From contig NC_092375.1 in NCBI RefSeq assembly GCF_030028105.1, forward strand, positions 170,933,415-170,997,414: a stretch of 64,000 nucleotides of DNA, read 5' to 3'. This DNA is from Mobula birostris. Lineage: Eukaryota. Shown here piece after piece: positions 49,601 through 60,214 of the stretch; within the stretch, counting starts at the first letter, position 1; every line of letters begins with the position of its first letter. The position numbers and the translations under genes are program-made. Under the pieces are notes generated by a model. That model saw only the letters and a list, made by a program, of their open reading frames with translations. It did not search any database and was not told the origin of the DNA.

Positions 49601-52600
49601 ATTACTCAGTTTGTCTTTTTTTATAAGTCTAACTATTTCCATGAAACTTTGGATAATTGGGGCAGTTGTTTAATGTACTGGTTCTGATGTGTCCCAATTA
49701 ACTGGAATCCACTGTATACAAGGGGTGATTGATAAGTTTCTAGCCTAAGGTAGAAGGAGATGAGTTATTAACTTCAAACTTTCTGCATAATCACTCAAAG
49801 AGTTGACCTGCATGTGCATGTAACGAGAGTTGTATAACTCATCTCCTTCTACCTTAGGCCACGATCTTGTCAATCACACATCTGTGGACACTTCCTGGAG
49901 GTCCAAGATCCATATGCTCCACGACCACTGGACTAAGTGTGTAAATGTAGGAGGGGACTATGTTGAAAAATAAATGCGTTAGGTTTTCTAAAATTGATTC
50001 CTTCTATCTGAGGCCACGAACATATCAATCACCCCTCATATACAGTAATTAAAGGAAATATAAATTATTTTTAAAATATCGCTGACAGATTTTTTTCAAG
50101 GGAAGAAATGACTTTCATTTGACAGCATTGGCCTCCACATGTTCTGTTCAATGGAAGTGAATGGACCAAATGTTTAAAACTAAATACAACTTACGGACAT
50201 GGCTGTATTTGGTGCCAATGGCAAAGATGAATTTCTCTCCCCATTGTACTTGCTACTGGATTCATTAATGACAAATGTTTAGGGAAGGTAATTATCTGGT
50301 TAAATAATCTACAAGAATTGAGGTGGAGTTGGCTCTCTGAGTAAAAGCATCTGACGTTACATCAGACAGTTTATACTCTTATGAGAAAGAGATTTCTCTA
50401 GAAAATGTTGCAATGTCCAGCTATTTCTAACAATGTAATGTGAAATAAGTAGCTAAATTTATCCACTGTGTTTTAATCCTAGGTGTAGAAATGGAGAGAA
50501 TAAGTAAATTATTTCAATATTAATACCTCATTTTGCTGTGTCCTATAGGGTGACCGTGGATTGACAGGTGAACGAGGTCAGAAGGGAAGTAAAGGAGATG
50601 TTGGTGATACTGGTTCTGCTGGTGCAACTGTAAGTTAATAATTCTTCCTGTTTTGAATGAATTATTTTTATTCTTTCTTACTAGTATTTCACTGTAAATA
50701 AGTGATTTTGCAAACAGTTATGCAGTTGGAGTATTGTTAAGAGATCTGCCTTCTTCCCCTGTTCACCTTTCTTATATCAATCTGTTCAATATGCCTGATG
50801 TCTCTTATTCCTTACCTAATGCCTGTATTAAAGACATTTTCTTCTGAATTCCACTCTCCCTTGAGGATGTGGGTTGCTTGTAAGCCCTATTTGCCTCCGT
50901 TCACATTGATTCACCATAGATGGAGCAAAGGTTTTACAATGAGAGGGACTGACTAAAGAATTGGAAGCTGCAAAAAGTTGTGGTGGGTTTTATTCCATTC
51001 ATTGAGAAGCAGAGGAGTTAACCATATTTCCCAAGGGAATGGAGAAATATCTTGTTTCTTGTGTGCTGGTAGAGTAGGCTTTCACACATTTGGTTTAAAT
51101 AGTATAAACACAGAAATCCTACAGCACAGTACAGGCCCTTCAGCCCACAGAGTTGTGTTGAACATGTCCCTACCTTAGAAATTACTAGGCTTACCTATAG
51201 CCCTCCATTTCACTAAGCTCCATGTACCTATCTAAAAGTCTCTTAAAAGACCCTATCGTATCCGCCTCCACCACCATTGCCGGCAGCCCATTCCACACAC
51301 TCACCACTCTCCGAGTAAAAAACTTACCCCTGACATCTCTTCCGTACCTACTTCCCAGCACCTTAAACCTGTGTCCCCTTGTGGCAACCATTTCAGCCCT
51401 GGGAAAAAGCCTCTGACTATCCACACGATCAATGCCTCTCATCATCTCATACACCTCTATCAGGTCACCTCTGATCCTCCGTCACTCCAAGGAGAAAAGG
51501 CCGAGTTCGCTTAACCTATTCTCATAAGGCATGCTCCCCAATCCAGGCAACATCCTTGTAAATCTCCTTTGCCCCCTTTTTATGGCTTCCACATCCTTCC
51601 TGTAATATTTCAAATAATAAGTTATTTGAAATATTACAGAAAACTCTAGATCTAGATTCGAAAGACCTCCACCTAGTCAGAAATCTGTACAGTACTGGGA
51701 ACAAACTGCCACTGTAAGAATAGATGGAGAAGTGAGTCAGTTTACAAAAATCAAGATAGGCCTCAGACAAGGGTGTGTTTTCTCCCCTAATTTATGTGTA
51801 CAGTGCAACAATATTACAAAAAATAACAGACATCTTGGGAATCAAAGTTGGCAGTGAGAACATCAATATTTTCAGATATGCAGATGACACTGTTAATTGC
51901 AAGTACGGAGGAAGAGCTACAAAACTTAAATGATATAATTGTTGAAGAAAGTGCAAAAATGGGTCTATCTATCAATTGCAAAAAGACAGAATGTATGGTG
52001 ATATCCAAAAAGAAGGAGATTCCTGTCTGCAGGTTGAAGATAAACGGGGAAGACATAAAACAAGTACAGAACTTTTGCTACTTAGAAAGCTGGGTGATAT
52101 CAGATGGCAGGTGCGACTTGGACATCAAAAGAAGAATAGGGATGGCAAAAGACACCTTTACAAGAATGAAGAGTATACTGACCAGTACTAAACTAGGCAT
52201 GACAACCCACCTCAGAGTACTGAAATGTTATGTTTATCCAGTTATGTTATATGGCTGAGAATGTTGGACAATATCTAGTAACATGAGGAAACAAATTGTA
52301 GCAGCAGAGATGTGGTTTTTGAGGAAGATGCAAAGAACATCATGGATGAAACGAATATTTAACGAGGATGTCATGAACAGAGCAAACACAAAACGAGGAA
52401 TAATGTATGAGATCATGAAAAGGCAATGTAACTTCATTGGACATGTGATTAGGAAAGAGGAGTTAGAATGCACGGTAATAATGGGAAAGATTAAAGGGAA
52501 GAAAGCAAGAAAAAGACAATGATGATGGAGACTGCAGCCAGAGAAATGGAAATTAATACCAGTGAATTGATCCACTTGACCCGAAACAGGAGTGTGTGGG

Positions 52601-55600
52601 CCATGGCAGTCAAAGCTCAAACTGGGCATGGTACCTGATGATGATGATGACATCCCTCCTGTAGTGAGGCGACCAGAACTCAGTACTCCATGAGTGGTCT
52701 GACCAGGGTCCTATATATCTGCAACATTACCTCTCGGCTCCTAAATACAATTCCACAATTGATGAAAGCCAATACACCATACGGCTTCTTAACCACAGAT
52801 TCAACCTGCGCAGCTGCTTTGAGTGTGCTATGGACACGGACCCCAAGATCACTCTGTTCCTCCACATTGCCAAGAGCCTTACCATTAATACCATATTCTG
52901 ACATCATATTTGACCTACCAAGATGAACCACTTCACACTTATCTGGGTTGAACTGCATCTGCCACATCTCAGCCCAGTATTGCATCCTATCAATGACCTG
53001 CTGTAACCTCTGACAGCCCTCCACACTATCCACAACACCTCCAACCTTTGTATCATTAGCAAACTTACTAACCCATCCCTCCACTTCCTCATCCAGGTCA
53101 TTTATAAAAATCACAAAGAGTAAGGGTCCCAGAACAGATCCCTGAGGCACTCCGCTGGTGACCGACCTCCATGCAGAATATGACCCGTCTACAACCACTC
53201 TGCCTTCTGTGGGCAAGCCAGTTCTGGATCCACAAAGCGATGTCCCCTTGGATCCCATGCCTCCTTACTTTCTCAATAAGCCTTGCATGGGGTACCTTAT
53301 CAAATGCCTTGCTGAAATCCATATACACTACATCTACTGCTCTTCCTTCATCAATGTGTTTAGTCACATCCTCAAAAAATTCAATCAGGCTCGTAAGACA
53401 TAACCTGCCCTTGACAAAGCCATGCTGACTACTCCTAATCATATTATACCTCTCCAAATGTTCATAAATCCTGCCTCTCAGGATCTTCTCCAGCAACTTA
53501 CCAACCACTGAGGTAAGACTCACTGGTCTATAATTTCCTGGGCTATCTCTACTCCCTTTCTTGAATAAAGGAACAACATCTAAAACCCTCCAATCCTCCA
53601 GAACCTCATCAAAGATCATCGCCAGAGGCTCAGCAATCTCCTCCCTCACGTCCCACAGTGGCCTGGGGTACATCTCATCTGGTCCCAGTGACTTATCCAA
53701 CTTGATGCTTTCCAAAAGCTCCAGCATATCCTCTTTCTTAATATCTACATGCTCAAGCTATTAAATCTGCTGAAAGTCATCACTACAATCACCAAGATCC
53801 TTTTCCATAGTGAATACTGATGTAAAGTATTCATTAAGTACCTCTGCTATTTCCTCCGGTTCCATACACACTTTCCCACTGTCACATTTGATAGGTCCCA
53901 TTCTTTCGCGCCTTATCCTCTTGCTCTTCACATACTTGTAGAATGCCTTGGGGTTTTCCTTAATCCTGCCCACCAAGGCCTTTCTCATGGCCCCTTCTGG
54001 TTCTCCTAATTTCCTTCTTAAACTCCTTCCTATTAGCCTTATAATCTTCTAACTCACTAACATTACCTAGCTCTCTGAACCTTTCATAATAATTTGAATA
54101 ATTACAATAATTTGAAGAAAAAGTTGTGACAAGCATTTCAAAGCTGCTAAAGAAAACAAACAAAAGAAAAGAGCTCACCTAGATGAGGCCCATTAAAGTG
54201 GTTTCATTGTTTTAAGGTTTCATTATAGCTTGGGAGAAGTAGGGCTTGTCTTCTGAACACCAGCAAGAAATATTCAAGAGACCTCTCTTTTGATTTCACC
54301 TTGCAAAATCCTGCCCTTTTTTATTGGTAGCTGTGCTACTACTTAGTATTGAGGCAAATCAACTATCTTTTGTTTATGTTTTCATTCCTGTTGTTGTTGT
54401 TGAGTGCTGTCAGGTTGTTGTCTCACTGCGACCCTAAGGATAATGTATCTATGTCGACCCTAAGGATAGTCTAGTTGTCCATTGGGTTTTCATGGTAGGA
54501 TACGGAAGTAGATTGCCTGGCCTTTCTTCCTCACAGATACTGCTGCTTCCCAGGTGGATTCAAACTCAGAACCATCGGCCTCGAATTCCATTGCTGATGC
54601 CATTACACCATCAGCCACCCCATATTCCTGGTGCACCAAATGCATCATCTGTATCTTCATCTGCAGTATTCCTCACTCACTGTTACTCTTCCAAGTTAAA
54701 ATTATTACCAGTATTTTATTCATCACAGTGTGAGAAATGTAGTAAAATAGTTCATAGCACTATCCTTTTGTTGCTGCATTTTGTGCTAATTCTGCCTATT
54801 GTTTGTACTGACTTCAAATTGTTTAGGGAAGGCCTGGAGCAAAGGGTGATCCTGGCTTAACAGTGAGTTACTAATATTTTTGTGCATGGTTATATTATTA
54901 TCTACATATCAGAAAATAAGTTGACAATATATAACATACTAGATGTTAGCAAATTTAAAACCTAGTGGGCAGTGCCACGAACTCTCCAAGATAAATAATT
55001 TTCTGACAGTTTTTAGTTTGGGAGAAAACAAAATAGGGGCAGCCCATTAATTGTATACGAGCTCAGCATCTGCCTTTAAATTTTTGTTAAAATCATAAAT
55101 AAAAAATTAAACAATGACGGACATACACTTACTTCTTTTCATTTGGTGAGGGAAGATGTTGACACTTAATTATTGTTGGTACTGGGATCATAAAGCATTT
55201 CCTGGTCTCCTCATTTGCTGTCAGCAAAAATAATCACAAATGAACTGTTAATACTGACCAGCTGCAGTCAAAATACACTCTCTGTGCAATTATTGTATGG
55301 ATGAGCAATGAGTTATGTTGCTGGAGGGTTTCCAGGTTATATTAAGAGGTGGTAGAAAAAAGTAGAAGCAGAGTATTTTTTGAAGGTGAGAAATTGAAAG
55401 ATGTTGCATTTCGGAGTGAACTGGGTCCTTGTGCACAAATCAGTGAAAGTTAAGATGACAGTTCAGCAAACTATTAGGAAGACAACAGTATGTTGACATT
55501 TTAAAACAGGGTTTGAGTACGAGAGTAGAGATGTGTTGCCCCAATTAAAGAAAGCCCTAGTATACAGTGTTGAAAGTCTAGTCTTCATTCCTAAGGAAGG

Positions 55601-58600
55601 GCATAACTTTCAATACAGCGGGAGCAGTGAAGGTTCACCAGACTGATTCCTAGAATGCATGAAGGTCCTCTACTATCTTGAGTTTGCAAAACGAAAAAGG
55701 TGATCACATTGAAATGCTCAGAATTCTTTGAGGGCTTAACAATTAGATGCAAGAATGATGCTTCTTTTACCTGGGAAGTTTACAACTAGTAGTCACATCT
55801 CAAAGCAAGGAGATGCCATTTGTGATAGATTAATGAAGAAACTTTTATCTGCAGAATACTGACTCATTGTAATTCTCTACCGAGGAGAGCTGTGGTTGCT
55901 CAGTCACTGCATGTATTCGGTAAACAGATGAATAGTTTTTTAGAATATAAAGAGAGCCGTTAGTGCATGAAAATGGAAGAGAGGTTTAAAATTAATTATT
56001 TATTTAGAGATACAGCACCATAACAGGCCCATTGAGTGTGTTGCACACAATTACACCTATGTGACCAATTGCCTACTAACCCGTACGTCTTTGGAACGTG
56101 GGAGGCAACTGGAGCACCTGGCTACCAGCGGTGTAACAGCTACAGAACCATGCTGCCCCTGAAGGACCTCGCTGAGTGACCAAGTGGGTACAAGGAGCTG
56201 AATGGCGTACTCTTGCCACAATTCCAATAAAGAGAAAATAATCTGTTTTGCAGCACTGTCATTTTTTTCAATTACATTTTCACAATAGCATTTTGTTTAA
56301 TGTGATTCAAAGATTAACCTGTGAATATTGTCATGTGTTGTAATTTTTCATCGCTCTATCCCCAGTAATAATGTCATATGTCAATACAGAGACAGTGTCC
56401 GAAATAAATCTCTGTTTTCTAGTCATGAGATAAATAATTTACTTTTAACAGCAGAAAATAGTGTGCAAATATATTTCTTTTGTTTTCAAAATATTACTAG
56501 AGAGAGGACATCATCAGAATGATAAAAGAGATATGTGGTACGTACATGTCAATTCCTGGTTTACAAATATTAAATGTTTTCATCGTAATTATTGTTGATT
56601 TATACAATACAACAAGGCTGATCCTTACCAGAAAAAAGATAGAAATTTAAAAATATTATTCCACATGTTATTTCCCTAGATGTTTCTTTATATCCAGAAG
56701 TAAATTCCATTTTTTGTGTGTAAGAATATATTTTTGAACTTCATTTCTGATGAATCCTCCCAATGTATGATGACACAGTTGTGTGGGCACATGGCCAAGT
56801 GGTTAAGGCATTGGACTGGCGAGCTGTAGGACATGAGTTCGAGCCCCAGCCGAGGCAACGTGTTGTGCCGTTGAGCAAGGCACTTAATCACACATTGCTC
56901 TGTGACGACACTGGTGCCAAGTTGTATGGGTCCTAATGCCCTTCCCTTGGACAACATTGTGTCGTGGAGAGGGGAGACTTGCAGCATGGGCAACTGCTGG
57001 TCTTCCTTACAACCTTGCCCAGGCCTGCGCCCTGGAGAGTGAAGACTTTCCAGGCACAGATCCATGGTCTCGCAAGACTAATGGATGCCATAAAATGATG
57101 ACACACAGGTTGATAGAGATATGGATAGTGTGCAGAGTTGTTGTGGGTTGCAATGGGACATTGGTGGGATGCAGAGCTGGGCTGAAAGTGGCAGACTGAG
57201 ATCAACCCGGAAAAGTGTGAAATGATTCATTTTGGAAAGCTCAAAGTTCAAAGTGAATTTATTATCAAAGTAGATAAATGTCACCATATAAAACCCTGAG
57301 ATTCATTTTCTTGTGGACATACTTAGTAAATCCAATAACCAGAATGGGTGATAGTTTTTGAAGGTAGAATACAAGGCTAATGGCAGGAGCCTTGACAGTG
57401 TGGAAAAACACTGGGATCTTGGGGTCCACGTTCATAGATCCCTCAAAGTTGCTGCACAAGGTGATAGGGTTGTTCAGAAGGTGTATGGTGTGTTGGCATT
57501 CATTTGTTGGGGAAATCAGTTCAAGAGCCACAGAGCTCTTGAATGTTGCAGCTCTATAAAATCCTGGGTAGACCATACTTGGGAATGTTGTGTTCAGTTC
57601 TGGTTTCCACATCATAGGACAGATGGGGCAATTTTGGGGTGGGCACAAATAAGATTTACTAGAATGCCGTCTGGACTAGAGGACATGTTTTATGAAGATG
57701 GGTTGAATAAACTAGGGCTTTTCCCTTCAGAGAGATAAGAGGTGACTTGATAGGGGTGTACACGATGATAAGAGGCACAGTTTGAGTGGCTAGTCAAAGG
57801 CTTTTTCCCAGGACTGAAACAGCGAATATAAGGGAGCATATTCGCAAGGCGATTGGAGGGACGTATAGGGGGTATGTTAGAGGTAATTTTTCTTTCCCAC
57901 AGAGAGTGATGGGTGTGTGGAATGACCTGCCGGGAAGGTGATAGAGGCAAATACATTAGGGCACTTAAGAAAATCTTCAGCACATCGATGATAGAAAAAT
58001 GGAGGGCAATGTAGGAGGGAAAAGTTAAGTTGATCTTGGAGCAGATTAAAAATTTGGCATAACGTCATAGGCAGAAAGGTCTGTTCTGTGCTGTAATGTT
58101 CTATGTATAGTTAGCTCTCCTATCCAAGTTGTTGCTTGTCTTTCATCAATGTCTTAATATTTTTATGAAGTTTAGGAAGATTTTAATGGAAATTATTCAT
58201 TGAGAATATTAGGTACTTCTAAAAGTAGTGCTCTAGAAATCAATGATTCTAGCTTACCATTTTAGCATTTCAAATAGAAATTTGTTATGCTATTTTTGTT
58301 TAAACTAATCTGCTCCGATTTAATGAAATCATTTTATCATTCATTTATTTTTTTACAGGTTGTGGAATTAAATGTAAAGAAAGGCCAATGGAGCTTGTCT
58401 TCGTGATAGATAGCTCAGAAAGTGTGGGGCCAGACAACTTTGAAATTATAAAAGATTTTGTCACTGCACTTGTCGACAAAGTAACAGTTGGCAGGAATGC
58501 CACTCGAATTGGTCTCATCCTCTACAGCTTGGAAGTACGATTAGAGTTTGGTCTAAGTCGATACTTGACACAGCAAGATGTCAAACAGGCAATTAGGAAA

Positions 58601-60177
58601 ATGCTGTACATTGGGGAAGGCACATACACAGGAACGGCTATACGCAAAGCAACTCAGGAAGGATTCTATGGAGCTCGGCCTGGTGTGAAGAAAGTTGCTA
58701 TAGTGTTGACAGATGGGCAGGCAGACAGAAGGGAGACAGTCAAACTAGATGTTGCTGTTCGTGAAGCTCATGCTGCAAACATTGAGATGTTTGCAATTGG
58801 GATTGTAAATACATCTGACCCAACACAAGCTGAATTCTTGCGTGAACTGAACTTAATTGCCTCAGATCCTGATACTGAGCACATGTATCTCATTGATGAT
58901 TTCAATACTCTTACAGGTTTGTGCTATGTCTGTTTCATCATTTCATGCTTTTTCACAATAATGAAGGTACAAGCAAACTTTAATTGTACACTTAAGGTGA
59001 AACCAAGTAAATAGAACAACTACTGCATAGTTTACTAAAAAAAACAATAATTGCCGCACACTAGATCACTCTTAGTCTCTGTTACATTAGAACTGTATTC
59101 CAGGACATGAATGCATTGCAAAACCTTCTCATGTGTCATACACATTGTTTAATTTGTTAATCACACAGTGACTTCTGGATAGAGATCAAAAAATTGACGT
59201 TCTTGATTTGTAACTATTGTTATCTTGGGAATGTGATTGGGCCAGCTGGAATAAGAAATTGAGATGCTGGGGAAATTAGATCTTTATAAAAATATACCTG
59301 CCTGGAAATTCAGTTGCAAAATACTGTTCAACGATATAAAATTGAAAATTGTTCTTTACCAGTATAAGAAGTGATGATAGTTATTCTGAGTCATTTCATA
59401 TTACTCTAGATATGTGTTTGATTGCCTCCAATATGAGTAACCCTGGTGCCCTGAGGTTATTTACATGTCACGTTGATACCATACCCAGTAGAAATCCCCA
59501 ATTAGCATACTGAGGGAAACTTAGATCACCTTGTCTGGGGCCATCCATGGTGCCAGGACAATGTGGTATTCTTGGGTAAAATGATGATTGAGAATACCAA
59601 GGAAGTAAGTGAATTGTTTGCCATCATCCTTTGATCATCTTGCTCTTCACTGCACACGAACCACCTCTCTATCCACCTATTTCTCAGCTGGCTTTAACCT
59701 ATAATCACCTGAGTCTTCATTCCAAATCTTCTGCACTTTGACCAAACTTCTTCAACCGTCTGAGGTGAAAGAGGCACTGTTGTGCCTTTATCACCACACA
59801 GCCAGTATGTACAGACAACATGAGATCCTAGGTGATGTGTAAGCTGAGGAACTTAAGGCTGTTCACTCTCTCAATAGGTTTCAATAGGTACATTTAATGT
59901 CAGAGAAATGTATACAATATACATCCTGAAATTCTTTTTCTTCGTAAACATCCACGAAAACAGAGGAGTGCCCCAAAGAATGAATGACAGTTAAGTGTTA
60001 GAACCTCAAAGCCCCTCCCATGCATAAGCAAGGCAACAACCCCCCTCCCCCACCAACAAAAAAGCATTGGCACCCCCCACCAAGCACTCAAGCATGCAAC
60101 AAAGCATTAATAAAGACATAGACTTGCAGTACCCCAAAGACTACTCGCTCGCTCACCCAGTAATTTAACATACCACA

Positions 60178-60214
<37 letters not shown>

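Noticed and set aside
56783-56855. tRNA-like sequence
   Set aside because: It is the head of a SINE: it continues into CORE-like and RTE-type tail sequence, with no proper cloverleaf or Pol III terminator.
58917-59014. ORF extension after the VWA2 exon ([12 protein letters not shown]...), resembling a hydrophobic tail
   Set aside because: It is intron read-through past the donor at 58916/58917; the domain continues in exon T.
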